A stretch of 64,000 bases of DNA from Auanema rhodensis (taxonomy: Eukaryota; Animalia; Nematoda). Each line of letters opens with the position of its first letter. Positions within the stretch are counted from its first letter, which is position 1. This document shows positions 26,014 to 40,000 of this stretch, piece by piece. A model generated the notes under the pieces. It was not told the origin of the DNA. It worked only from the letters and a program-made list of their open reading frames with translations, and did no database searches. Both the position numbers and the translations under genes were made by a program. The DNA lies in NCBI GenBank assembly GCA_964057225.1, contig OZ059895.1, forward strand, positions 6,076,001 through 6,140,000. The letters are read 5' to 3'.

Positions 26014-26342
26014 TCTTATAGGCTACTGTAACTAAGAGCAGGGTCACATGAAAGAGTATTTGCAGAGAAGAGAGCGCCAGACAGTCAGACAGGAGCCCTT
26101 TAACAGTGAAGACATTTGGTCATCAAGTTTTTTGTGATAAAATTGGCTAGCTACTTCCCGTGGGTTTGGTTTATTTTAACTGTTTAAGTAATTATTAATA
26201 GTTTATAGCTGATTAAGTCAATTAAAAAATAGTAAATAATAATAATCATAACTTTTTCTTAATTTACAAATATTTATGATAATTTGAGCTTTTGCTCTTA
26301 TAATTTACTTTCATTCAGGCGCTTTTGGATGTCAATGAAAGC

Positions 26343-29300
26343 ATGATCGTTGATCTTGTGAGTGCTACTCAGAGGGAAGATTGGGAACAGACTCGGCAAT
26401 TATTATATAGACATTGGATATCGGAATGTCCTAAGCAGTTCAATCCTAGTCCTGACCAACCATGGGAGTCCGTTAGCGAGAGTGTAATAAGTAAGCTTTT
26501 AATTTTGAATTATATATATATATATATAATTTTACCACAGATCCTTCATTATTTCTTCCTTTAACTGGAGCTCTTTGTGTTGACTCGCAAGTGAACACAA
26601 CTAGCCTCGTTTCATTAAACACAGAAGCTGGCATATCTGCTGAGTCCAGTAAAGCAGGCCATATTTGTGGCCATGTTTTTAAAGTTGGAGAGTTGACTTA
26701 TATGTGCAAGTAAGCTTTTTCTTTTTTTATATATTGAAATTATAACTTTAGGAATTGTGCTACCGATCCAACATGTGTCATGTGTCGCGAATGTTTTATG
26801 CGATCAGAACACAAAGACCATAAATATAAAGTGAGCTCATCGTTTTGTTTTTGTTTACAAGGTTTTTAAAATATTGTTTATTCTGTTATTTGCAGATTCA
26901 CGCTTCTTCGGGTCATGGGTATTGCGATTGTGGTGACCCGGATGCCTGGAAGCAGGGTTATGCTTGTTCAACCCATGCCCCAAATACAAATGATGACCAG
27001 TAAATTATAAATTGATTTTCAATATGATTATGTAAATTGTTAAGCGCTGCGTTTTCTATTCCTGAATCTTTGGAGTCTCGACTTACCGAGTTGTTTTCTA
27101 TAATTCTTCAATACTGCAACAGTCTAGTCTGCTGGGACGATAAAGAAAGTGTTCCAGCATTTCTAAAAAAGTCACAATTTCCGTAAGTTTTTCACATATA
27201 ATTGAATGAAATATAAAATTGTTTTTTTTTATTCTAGTGGGGATGAGGAACCGATTCCAAATATGACGACTTATATGACGGTGCTTTATAACGACGAAAC
27301 TCATACTTATGAAAACGTAATTATTTAAAGTTTTTTCAGTATGCAACTTTTTTTTTCAGGTTATTCGAGCTTTAGAAATGTTCATAAATTGTACAAAAGA
27401 ACAAGCAATGCTTATTGCTACTATTGTTGACAGAGAGGGAAGAAGTGCTGTAAAAATAGGAACTAAGCAAGAGTGTGATAGAGTTAAAGCTGAAATTCAA
27501 GTAATTAAACATTTTTTTTGACTTAATGAATTCTTATTTTTCAGAGAAGAACTTCTCGTGAGCCAAGCAGAAGAACAGAAAAGGCCGGTCCTTTAGATGT
27601 AAAGGTTATGGAAACCTCTTTAGTTGCCCACCAGGCTCATGCTATTAATCTTATGGCATGGACCAATCAGCAACTTGAAATTTGCCGTATGTTGTTTGTT
27701 ATTTTTAATTGTTTTATGTACTTCAATTTCAGCGTTCCTAAGTGAATTAATTGGAAATATTTTGCTGAAAGTTCGAGCTATTGAACCTGACGAAGCTATG
27801 GAAGTTGATGGTGCAACGCCAGAAACATTATTGGTCAAGTTCCTTAAATATAACAGACGAATGTGGAAAGCTGCTAGAGCTAATATTCATCAAATGCTAA
27901 TGAAAACTGTTTTAATGAATCCTGAACAGAAATATGAATTTGCAAAAACATTTTTGAAGGTATGAAAAATATTAATATGTTGTGAAATAAGGAATTTTCA
28001 GCATTATGCTGTTATGTACACAGATTTTGTTGACGATGATCATGATTTGAGTGTATCTATTGTTAGTCTTTCTGTTCAGTTCTTAACTGTGCCTGGAATA
28101 GCAAGGTAATGATCATCAATTATCATATTATTATTGTTATATCTGTAGACGATTGATTTCCGAAGAAAATGCTTTGAGCATAATGCTTAATGCTTTAAAA
28201 GGTCATACCGACAAATATTTAAAAGGTTTGATTTTTGTTTTATTTTATTCATTATATATTCATATATTATTATAGAAGTAGAAGGTAGAAGTCTTCCTGT
28301 ATTTGATTTTACCAATCGCTCTTTCCCTGTTGTATTAAAAAGAGCAATGCATATGATGAGGGACCAAGTGTATGATTGAACCTAAATCATTCCAAAAATA
28401 TATTCATTTTTAGCTATATTCTTAATGCTATTCCACAAAAGGAAGATTGGAATGACGACCTTCGTACAAACTTTGTCGATGGGTTTAAACAACTATTAGT
28501 TTTTCTCAATTGCATGCAGGTCAGAGTTTGGTCACCTTTTGGCTTCAAATATAATGTTTTTTAGGGAATGGATGAAGTTAAGCGTCTTGCTTCTGAACAT
28601 CAATTATGGGAACTTGAATGGGAAACTGCTTTTAATATTCAGCTGCGTATTCAGGAAGTTTTGGGTTTATTTGTACAATGGGCTAGTACAGATGTATTTT
28701 TATAATTTCATTTTGATTACTATTTTTGTTTTGTTTAGCGAATCGTTCATTTACAAGTTTTGAAACACTGTCTGGCTGCCATGAAGTTACATCCCGTTAC
28801 ATCCACTGATACAGCTGAAACTCATATGCTTGTTGAACGTTAGTTTTATTCAACTTTAATTGCCTTTGAAAAGCTATTATTTTACTTCAGTAAACGAAGA
28901 TACATCTGTCTGCAAATCTTTCGATGTACTTCACGGAACAGTTTCCATTCATCAACCACTTTGGCGTTTAGCTGCTGGTCTATTTGCTGTGGGTGGGAGG
29001 GAACTCAATTTTTTCGCGGAAGGTAGTCCGCTGTTTATCAATACTGCTTTAACGCAATTTTAATTAGGCTACGAAGTTTCTGATCCATTAGAGGAGGATG
29101 TTCTTAACTTTGTCAAATCAATGCGACAAGATATTTATGAGAACCCCTTACGGTAAATTTTGTTTTCAATCCTTTCAACAGTTTCCTTAATTTAAGTGTG
29201 GCTGTCTTGTGTGCTCAAGCAAATGCCCAATTATGGAGAAGAAATGGGTTCTCTTTAATAAATCAAATTCACAATTATTATTCTCCATTATGCCGAACAG

Positions 29301-32300
29301 AAATGTTTGACAGGGATTTGCAAATGCTGCAAGTTGGTGCTGCACTGTTTTCTCCTATTGATTTTATTCTGCACTTGGTTTCAAGGTATCTAGAAAACAT
29401 TGAAAAACTTATGTTTTATTTTTTTAGATATCGCTTGACAGAGTGGGCTGATAAGCACCATGACAGCGCTTCTAAATCGACTGCAAGTCCTGTGAAAATT
29501 GAACAAGAGGAAAATAGCAAAGTCACTGTTTCTGTAGCAGAGGACCTACTTACGCTGCTTATTCAAATTTGCGGTAAAAAGATGCTGAATGCTTTTTCAA
29601 TACTGTTTGTGTGATTCAGGCGAAAGATATAAGCCGGGATTAGGACAATGTACCCTTCGAGATCTTCTAAAAAGAGAAGTAATTCATGTATTGTGTATGG
29701 ATGCTCATGCTTTTAGTAAGGTTAGTAAATTTTCAAGTCCGAACCGAATATGTTTTTCCAAATTCTTAATGTTGATGTTTATTTCATTAATTTTTCTATT
29801 GAACATTGATATTTAGATTGTAAAAAAGATGTCTACTGATCCACAATTGGATAAAGTCTCTCTTCATGATGTTGTGAATGAAGTTGCTGATTTTAGGTTT
29901 TCATTGCATCTTTTTTTCTAAAATAAGTAAATTTGTATAGAAAGCCTGTACCTACTTCTGCCGGACAGTTCTATCTTAAAGAAGAATTTTTATGCGAATA
30001 TAATCCATTCTTCTATCACTATTCTAAGAGTGATATTTCTCAAGCTGAGCTTCACCAACAGAAAATTAGATTGAGATTAGATAGGTATTTCCTTTAATAC
30101 ATTCATGAAAATCCTATTTATATGATTTTAAAGAAAACTAATCGCCTGTCCTCCACCTATTCCTTGCGCCTTTGAGCCTTTCTTTGCTCCGATTATTCAA
30201 ATCTTACGAAGCAAGCTATTGATTCGTATCTGTCGTGTAGTACTGGAGCGATCCCTTAAAAGAAATCGCTTTTCAAGTGATCGTTTATTGCATAGAGTAA
30301 GTCTTGACAAAATTCACGTTACGCAGTAAATACTTTAGGCATTATATCTCATTGGTATGGGTCTTCAAGAGCAGGAACGTAGCCCTAACAATGAGTTTGA
30401 TTATATTACAATTGCTACCGAAGAGAATATTTTGAAATTACTCGAGGAAATTCTCGGTTGCAATGGGTTCCCCGCTTTACAAGATCTGGTTTGGTGGACT
30501 GCTACGGTTCGAAGTCAAATTAAATCATGCTTTCATGTATTTTTGTTCAGAAATTCAAGCAAATCCAATGCAAACTAATGATCGCCACATTGCCTGAAGC
30601 TCCGAAAGAAGAAGAAAAAGAAGCTACCGCTCCACCATCAGCTGTTCGTGCAGCCATGGGAGCAAAGTACCGCGAAATGGCTAAGCAACGGGTAATTTGA
30701 TAGTGCTCTAAAGAATACAAAAGTATATTTTTTTTAGATGATGAAGTTGCAAAGTAGCTTCATGAAAAATATGCAAGCTGAGGCACAAAAAACTGATGGA
30801 TCTCAAACAGCTGGCTCTTCTGAATTGCAAGCTCCAGCTTCTGTAATAATTAATAGAATTGATGAAGATGAAGACAAAGCAATGTAAGAAATTGTTTTTT
30901 TTCTTTTTATTTCTTTGTTATTATAGCCCTGTAACTGATAGCGGTTTTCCAATTTGTCTTGGTGCTAAACGTACTAAGATAGCTCATGTTGAACCTCGAA
31001 AGGTCTGTAATTTTCAAAGTTCATTAAATCAATTTATTATTTTAGTTAACGTGCATTCTTTGCCAAGAAGATGAAAGCTCTCTCCCCAACCAAATGAAAC
31101 CATTTGTGTGTGCTGCTTATGTACAAAAGTAAGTGTAGTGTGACAATCACTCTATAACCTCTAAATCATTGCTTTAGGTCCCATTTATTCTCTCAAAAAT
31201 ATTCAGAAGAATCAAGTTCGAAGTGTTTGAAAAATTTCTTTGTGCCTGCTGGTTTGCACACGGGAATTGATGCATCCACATGTTCCCATACTATGCATTT
31301 TGAATGTTTCTCTGCGTAAGCTATTTTTTTTGTATTTTTGAAATTCATTTATTAATTTTTAGTCAGGTTGAAATGTTGGTAAATAAAGAGAGGCAACGAC
31401 CCCGACAGCAGTTGCCATTCACTCCGCGCTTAGTGGATATTGAGGTAAATAGGTTTTAATATTCCTATACCATTCATATTATCTTAGATTGGAGAATATT
31501 TATGCCCGTTGTGCAAACGTCTATCTAATTGTGCTATGCCTATTCTTCCCAGTTTACCAGTAATGAATATTCCTGGGTATTCTATGAAATATAGCTATTT
31601 TTACTCATATATGCTTTTTTTAAAGATTCTCCACTGCTCGCGCCGATGTTGAAGATAATTTTGAGATTTGGTACGGGAAGATTAAGAGTCTTGTGCATTC
31701 TCAGGGAAAGCCTTCGCCTCCTCCTAAGCATAAAACCCATAACAGAAAAAGGTTAGTCGGTTATGGAACAATCAAAATTATTTTAAAAATTGAAGATCCC
31801 ATTCGGAAAGATCACTGTTAGATCTTGCTAAGCAAGGAGATGATCTGTCCAACATGCCAATTGACAGTACTTTGTCCACATCTGTACCCAGTGCTTCTAC
31901 AATGGAGTTACTACTTGATTCAGAAGATCCTAGGGTCATCGCTTCAAATCCTCATACTCACTCTTTTATAAATATTGGTTTGTTTTTATTATTGATAATG
32001 TCTTATACTATTTTTTCCAGAGCAAATGGATGTTCATTCAGAATCAGGTGAGAATCATAACTGTTTAGATAATTTTCGTCTCTTTGGTGTAGATATGGAA
32101 GGTACAAATCCAGATGGAAGTAGAAGGGAAAGAAAGGATCTCAAGTTTTCTATGAGCTTTGCTAATCTTCTTCGTAATATGCCAGGAATAGCATCTATTC
32201 TTAGACAGAATAAAATGTAAATTTTATTTAGATATTTAGTTATTCAATTTTCATTTAAGTACTAGTCCATCTTATGAAAAATATGCTGAGATGATCAGAA

Positions 32301-34362
32301 CATTCTGCAAGACATTAACACGAGTAAGTTATGAAAGCAATATAATTACGAAACTTCTTATTAGAATGTTGATAACAAAAATAAGGAGTTATTCGAAGAT
32401 AGAATGCGTGGATTTTTATGTGCTACTACTGTGTGGCAGAGTACCGCTCATGTTTTAAGATCAACATCGGCCAACTTGAAGCTTGAAAATAAGCCTCTTT
32501 TCGGTGCTTTGAATACGAGACAGGTATAAGAACATCTATATAATCTCGGATACGCATAATTATTTTAGCGCGATTGCATCCTGGCGATGAGTCGTCTCTG
32601 TGCTGCCATGTCGTTCTCATTACAACATATGCATGAGCATACTGTTCTTGCCCTGAAAGCTTTGCTAGGTAGACCACCTGTCAATGTACCTTCACTAACA
32701 ACATCGCCAGCTTCTCCTGAACCCACTGCTATGAGTCCTCCTTCTTCTCTTCCTACTAGGTAGGGCATTTTTCTTAACTCTTAGTAATTCTTTGGTATTT
32801 CAGTCCTGTTGTTTCCAACAATCCCGAATCGTCAGGTCCCAAGTTATCTAGTCCTTTAATCCAATTTTTATTCAATACACATACAAAAGTGGCCAGTCCT
32901 ATTGCCTCTGTTAATCTTCTTCATATTGATATGCTCAGTTTAGCTGTATGTATTATTTTCAATTTTAATCTATTTGAGTTTTTTGAGATTTCTTTATGTA
33001 TGTGCATTGGCTGGACGTGGAACAGTGGGACACAATCGTTATCTCATCCTCGAAAAGAAAGAGAAATGATTCCTGATGGATCACCTGATGAGCAATACTG
33101 CGTCCGTCTGTGCTTATTGGGTTTTTACTTCCAAGTATTTATTTTTATATTTTCTTTAGATTCAATTATGTTTTCAGGTGTTTGTTGCTTTCGATGATAA
33201 TACCCAGGATGATGAAAAAATGGAAGTAGACGAGATTTTAGAAGAACGAGTGAAACAATTGTGGATGGCCGCTAAGCCTCACGAAGTTCCATTAGTGAAT
33301 TCTAAGAGTTTATGCATGGTTTGTATTTTTTTCAAACTCATTATAAATTCTTAACTTTAAGCGATTGAAAGAAGCTACCTTAAATATGCTAAGACCAATT
33401 GCTTTACTCTACTATGGAATCAGCATGGTCGATCCCCCTGAGGCTTTAAAAGGTTATTAGATTTACTCTTTATTCTCATAGTAATTAATTTTTTAGATCC
33501 ATCTCTTGACGAGTTTGAACCTCTCTGTAGATATCTCGGTTTACCTACCAGTCTTGTTGAGCTTCTCAGTGGCCTCATGATCGAAGAGCTTTTTGAAATG
33601 TTTGCTTAAATTTGTGCAGTATTTTGTATTTAAATTTTTAGGTGGTCCATTGCTGTTCCTTCTGCTCTCGAGAGAGGAGGTCTTGTACGTCAACCTGTGC
33701 AGCCTAATTTATTGGTGAACTTGCCTGAAGATTTTAGTGAGGTTATCCAATGGGCTACCGCATTCAGGTTTTTTCTAAATTTTCCAATGTTTACTAATTT
33801 TAATTTTTAGATGTCCTACTGTGCCATTTGACGAATCCGCTTCCAATGTACCAACATTATGTCTTGTTTGTGGAGATATTTTGTGTTCTCAGAGCTATTG
33901 TTGTCAGAAAACTGTAAGATTTAAGAATCATCTTTTTTTTTTCAATGGTAATGCTTTCAGGTAGGAAAGGATTCTGTTGGTGCATGCCGTTATCATATGG
34001 ATCATTGCTCTGGTTCCATGGGAATTTTCTTAAGGTTTTTTTAACAAGATTTGTTCATTTAATTATTCCAACTTTAGGATTCGTGATTGCTCTGTTGTGT
34101 TAATGACATCCCGTATACGTGGATGTTTCAGACCAGCTCCATATGTTGATGAATTTGGAGAGACCGATCAAGGATTCAGGTATCCAAAATTTTGTATTAG
34201 ATACTCAGTTCTGTTTTCAGAAGGGGAAATCCTTTGAGGCTTAATGCCCAACTTTATCAAAAACTCCACAGGTTATGGTTAACCCAAGGTGTCAGTGAAG
34301 AGATTGTGAACCAGTATGAAATAGACCCTCGAAACCTTCAGTACGACTGGGCTCACTTCTAA
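26343..34362 (+). CDS. ubr-1: N-end-rule E3 ubiquitin ligase UBR1
   Basis: UBR box ([42 protein letters not shown]), ClpS-like VLYNDETHTYENV, LWRRNGFSLINQ, RING (CILCQE..CSHTMHFEC..EYLCPLCKRLSN) and C-terminal PYVDEFGETD..RGNPL. Stop TAA at 34360-34362. Confidence 0.96.
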
Positions 34363-34668
34363 ACTAAACATCTTTTCAATTCTTTCTTCATCTACCAACT
34401 ATTTCTTAATAATCTTAGAGAATCTATAAACAGAATTTTAATTCTCAACTTACTTCCCTGTGGTGTCGTAGATAAATTTATTCGGGTATGCTTTTTCCAT
34501 ATGTAGCGTCATATATTTTTCATTACGGTACCCACTGCATTGATGGTAATGTGCATAGCTCAATCTTACTCAAAACCTTACTATCCATACTCTTTTCATA
34601 ATAATACTCTCAATGAGTCAACTAAAGTTTGCTATCTTAATAAAAAAAATTTATTTAAAGAGAGAATT

Positions 34669-35250
34669 TCAATTGTCCATTATTTGCTGTAAATATTCCT
34701 TTTGTGTTTGTTCGATTTGCTTGACGGCAGCAGCTTCAGCCCTTAACCTTTCTAGTTCTACCTGCCGTTCACGAATAACTATCTGAATTTATAGAAGATA
34801 TATATATATATTTATATATGTAAAGAATTGAATAAACTATCTTCTTAAAAACAAATAACTAACTTGTGTTTGTTGAAAATCTGTCATTTTCCTTCTACTA
34901 GTAGATTTCAATTCAGTTCGTGAAGCCATGGCTTTCAATTTTTCGGCTTCCACAAATGTAGCTAGCTGAAAATCATAGTTTCCGGGGGGCGTTTTGATAA
35001 ATGATTTTACTTCTTCCATTGTTTGAAAAAGTGCATCCGCAGTTGCTTTAAAAGAAGAAAGCTGTGTTGCGAATTCTTTGCATTCATTTTGAAGTTCTCC
35101 ACATATTTCGGTTACTTCTAAAAAAAAATGTATAAATGTGTTAAACCTAGACAACAGACCAGGATTCATTAATCGTAATCTATTCAGCTCGTCAATGTGA
35201 ATACCAGTTCTTTCAAGAATACTATTCAGTTTACTATCACCAGAAGACAT
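34669..35250 (-). CDS. ift-20: Intraflagellar transport protein 20
   Basis: GIHIDELNRLRLMNP..VEAEKLKAMASR..IRERQVELERLRAE..QKEYLQQI matches IFT20, and an X-box lies upstream. Confidence 0.92.
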
Positions 35251-35343
35251 CGCTGACTTGCACAGAAAAAGTAACCCAATAATGAATAAAATAGTAGCAG
35301 GATTGTAATTTGGTGACTTTAACCAAGCTTCGATTTATTTTGA

Positions 35344-35357
35344 GTTTCCATGGCAAC
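35344..35357. promoter_or_regulatory. X-box (RFX/DAF-19 site) for ift-20
   Basis: GTTTCCATGGCAAC is a canonical 14-bp X-box, 94-107 bp upstream of the ift-20 ATG, the usual position for nematode ciliary genes. Confidence 0.9.
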
Positions 35358-36134
35358 CTGAACATTGAAACGAAATATTCAATAGTTCAAAAAGTGAATA
35401 TATAAGAATTCAAATAAAGATGGACTGAAAACATAAACATAATAAAAACAATAATATTATGTCTCACAGTTATTCTGTGAACTTGTGGACCATATGTTAT
35501 TATCAAGGGCATTTTACGGGCATTCATTACTGTGAGTATATTTCTGTTTGTTTTTAATTTTTTCAAAATTTACGTACATGTTAGGAAGTGATAAAATATA
35601 CAAGGCACTATTCTTACATATTAGATGTTCTCGAAACTTGCAGTGAAATTCTTTAAATAGTTAGCTTATCAGTTTCAAAGTTCTATATTTCAATTTAAAA
35701 AAAACGTTCATGACTGTTTAATGTTTTCATCAACACACGCTGGGCACATTTCTAACAATGTAAAATCGTCAAGATGAGGAATATTTACATTTGCATTTGT
35801 ATATAGCAAATACATTTACAATTTTTGCTTACACGACTCTTGAAAACGCTCCATTGCGTACTGCGTTTGTTTTTTTTTAATTAACATGTTCCAAACGTGA
35901 ACCCAAATACTTTCTCTTTTTTTATAATCATTATTGTTAATGATTGGTTTTTGTTTTTTTTATTCTGAATAGTTTAATATAATGTTTCAATTCATATTTT
36001 TTGATCAATTATAATGCGTTAAATTAAAGAAGTTTAGTTTATAATATTTCTAAAATTTGGTTTTATTCTGGAATATTTTTGTCACTGTAAATGCAAATGT
36101 AAAATTTATACATAATTATTTTATATAGAGAGCT

Positions 36135-36806
36135 ATGGCAAGAAGCCGAAGTCGTAGTCGAAGTCGGAGCCGAGGTACTATCTTAGTTTGTTTTCCAAAT
36201 GTTAACTTAATGAATTTGTAGAAAGAAGAAGAAGATCAAGATCTCCAGAAAGAAGACACCATGATAGAGAAAAAGAAAAAGATAGGGGAAGAGACAAGGA
36301 TAGACATTACAGGAAAGATAAAGATAAAAAAGAGAGAAGCAGGTTTTTTTGTGTAGCTCTGCTTCTTTCTTAATCTGATTACTTTCAGAAGTCCATATGA
36401 AAGAAGAAGAAGTAGAAGTCGTGATAGAGATAGAGACCGCAGAGATAGGGACCGCGATGATCAGAGAAGAAGACGAAACAGTAGAAGTCGCAGTCCCAGG
36501 GAACGAAATCACAGTTATATACAATTTTAATACATAGAAATATTTTTTTTCTAGATTCTTCAATAGATCTCGAGTCTTTAGCATCAGCTGAAAAAGATGT
36601 TATGACACAAATGGGTTTTTCTGGGTTTGACACTACCAAAAACAAAAAGGTATCTTTGTTGCATTCAGGCCAAATTATATTTATTCCTGTATTTTTAGGT
36701 TGATGGTAATTATGAAGGTGAAGTAAAGATTAACAAACAAAGACGTTATCGTCAGTACATGAACCGTAAAGGTGGATTCAACCGACCCTTGGAATATATG
36801 GCTTAA
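36135..36806 (+). CDS. SNRNP27: U4/U6.U5 tri-snRNP 27 kDa protein (SNRNP27)
   Basis: RS-rich N-terminus MARSRSRSRSRSR. C-terminus MGFSGFDTTKNKKVDGN..KQRRYRQYMNRKGGFNRPL. Confidence 0.95.
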
Positions 36807-36939
36807 GAATATGAGCATTTAATGATTCCTTTATTTTAATAAATTACATGTAATTATATTTTTTTAAACTCCTTTGGTCAGCTCCATTTCGAATATTTCG
36901 GTTTTTTAAGGAGCGTGATAAGAACACTTCATATTTTAG

Positions 36940-39151
36940 ATGACTAGTTGTATTGGAGGTGTTTTATCAGTCGATTGCGGCTCTAAAGGATATTACCAGG
37001 GGAAATTATCGGCTATCGACGTTGATACAAAGAACATTACTCTGGATTGTGTCTTTCGGTTTGAATTGGGAACTGCTGCATCGTGAATATAAGAAAAAAT
37101 TGTAGAAATGGTGTTCCTTTTGGAAAAAGTATTGTGTTGAGTGGAGCAGATATTGTGAATTTGAAAGTGTTAAGAACTAGCGATGATTCTTCTGTGTCAG
37201 ATGATCCAAATGAAAATCAGGACAACAAAAAGGTTTTAATTTATCTTTTGAATTATTGTTGTTCCTTCTATTAGACGAAGCGCGAGTTTCCAAAACGAAA
37301 AAATCGTAATCAAGAAAGTAAAAGTGCCAGTGGTATGATATTTAAATGTTAATAGTTACGTATTTTTTCTTGAAGAAATGCCGTATACTAAGAACAAATA
37401 TAATACCAATTCTGTTTGTGCTGAAAATGATTCGAGTAGTTTTTCTAGCGAAGTGGATACTCCTTCATCGTGAGTCTTTATAATAATTAACTTTTGACAT
37501 ATTGGTTTAAGTCGTAGAACTCGTAGCAGAAATTCTAAAAATAAATCTTCTCGTGGAACTATATCCGATACAGAACAGGTTCGATATTTTGAATATTCAA
37601 TTGAATTTAAATATTGATAGATACGACCTCCTGAATTTACACCAACTCCATTGTATAAAAAATATGAACCACAGGTTCCAAATCCTCAATGCTTGTCTGT
37701 AGCATCGGGCTCGAGAAAAAAAGGACGAGAGCGAGGAGGTAAGATTATTTTACTATTTCTTTAATTTTACTTTGCTAGCCTCACCATCTGGAATCCCAAC
37801 TGTAGATTTCCGTAATGGCTATGGAATGCATTACAAAAAGAAAAGTGATCTTGACCGTCCCCTCGATCTTCAATCTCTAGAAACTGATTTTGATTTTGAT
37901 GCCAACTTGAAACTTTTTGATGAAGAAGGCAACGAGGTGACAAAAATATGTTGATTTTATTTCAAATTCTTCATTCAGTCCGATGACAAAGAGTTCTTTG
38001 AGAATGTTGAAATGGCCAAAGCCTCTAGGAATTTTGCACATTATGAAAATATAATTTCTGATCCTAGTAGAATTACATCATGGACTGGAATAACATCCGA
38101 AAACGGTTACATTGAACCTCAAAGGTTAGATATAACATTGAGCTTTGATTAAAATTCCTTGATTCTAGTGATCGTTCTGATACTCCAAGTTTCAAAGTTA
38201 TAAATCTCGAAAGCGTGGCTACGGGTGGATTCATTCCATGCTTGGAACAAATTGAAAAGAAACGTTATATTAAAGTAGTTTTTGATTTTCAACATTTTAT
38301 GAACCTCATTTTGTAGGAATGTATATCATATTTGGGCTCAACTGTTTATCATACAATTATCGGTGATCGTCTTTTCTCTTATGCAATTTCAATTATGAAA
38401 CGGTATCAATTTATTTTTATATTTAATGTTGCTTCTTTATTTTAGGTTTTCACTTCTTGCTAATAATGTTGTTTTTCTGGCTGACAAGAAAGTATCTGGT
38501 AAATTTTTATTGCAATGTACACGAAGTTTTATTAATAGAGGGTAAATTAATTATATTCATATTTCAAACTGTGCTTATTGTTTCTTCAGAAGTTCTGTAT
38601 ATGTATATGGAAAATCTGCTGTTCCTGGATCATGTTATAATTACTGTACTGATGCTAAAGAACTTCCAGTGAGAGTAAAAGTATGCTTTTGATCATATTG
38701 GGTTGTTTAAATCTGTTTGTTTCAGTTAATCATTGTACTTTCCGAAGAGCTTCCTAGTAGTATTGTCGAGTGGTTATCTAACCAAAAGTCAGCTCATGTT
38801 ATAGGATATGAAACAAATAAGTTTAGCTGCGATCGAGATAATGTAAGTTTCAAAAAAATACATTTGAAAGAAGTTTTTGTTTAGTATCATGTCTTTATGA
38901 TTGGAACTCTAACCTCCCAGCTCTACACATCCAGTCCGTTTGTATTGGGTAGAACTAGTTTTGCTCAACTTTGCAGTGCCACAAACCCCAAGAAATTAGG
39001 TATAACTAATACAAAAACAAACGTAATCGTAAATGATTGATTTACAGACTGCGCCGTTTGTGACAGCACGGTTCCATTCTCTTGGTTAGGCGATGATGCT
39101 GAAAAACATTTAACCTCTGTGTTTGCCAACAATGTTATTGTCAATTTATAA
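36940..39151 (+). CDS. edc-3: Enhancer of mRNA decapping 3 (LSm-FDF-YjeF-like)
   Basis: LSm domain IGGVLSVDCGSKGYYQGKLSAID..FRNGVP, FDF motif LETDFDFDANLKLFD, and a divergent alpha/beta C-terminal domain. Confidence 0.85.
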
Positions 39152-39453
39152 GTCACAGATCCGAAATCAAGCGGATATATGTAACTGCATGGAAGAAAAT
39201 AATGTGCAGTTTTGTTGAAGCGTTGCTCATTCCAAAATTACAATTTATCTCAATTAGTTTATATAATAGTTTTCTAAATCTGTTACGCATCTTTTTTTTT
39301 GCATGCCACAGAATATATTAAGTATTTTCTAGATTTTAAAACAAACTTGAATAAAACACCTGAGTTTGATTGTACTATATAATCTTACGTCTATATCGTC
39401 TCCATACATCGCTTACATATATACATATATATAGAAATTTGTCTTAGAGTTAC

Positions 39454-40000
39454 ATGGCTGAGGATGTAGTGAAATTTTCCAATGCAACTTTTGTATCAAA
39501 TGAAATAATGAATGCTACATCAGAGATAATTAGGTTGAATTACTTTCTCTACTTTCTTACATGGGATGTTACAGTTCTCTTCAAGATGAGGACAATACGT
39601 TTTATTTATCTTCAGTTTTCCAACTGAAAAAAACTAATCTTCGGGAATGGTGGGAAATCGCCTTATATATCTTTATGTGGATGTTCATATCTTACAATAT
39701 CCTGTTCGCTGGAGCAGCTGTCACAGCCTCAATATTTATGAGGCGACATACTTATCTACTTTTGTTTGTAGTTCCAATGTTCGGTTAGTTAATTTTTGTT
39801 AAACAATATTAATATTTTCTGTTCTAGCTATGTGTCTCATAGGTCCGGTTACCGTGGGTGCAATAACATCAATGTCCCTTGCTTTAGCTCTTTCTTCTTC
39901 TAATCAGCCAGTAAGTGTATACTACTGTGTTTTCTTAGGAGTTTCTCAAACTGTGATGGTCATCGTAGTGTCGTTTTCACGATTGTTAGGCACATTATAA
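39454..40000 (+). CDS. TMEM170: TMEM170-family membrane protein
   Basis: LREWWEIALYIFMWMFIS..RRH..IGPVTVGAITS..GVSQTVMVIVVSFSRLLGTL*: three TM segments and the family C-terminus. Confidence 0.88.
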
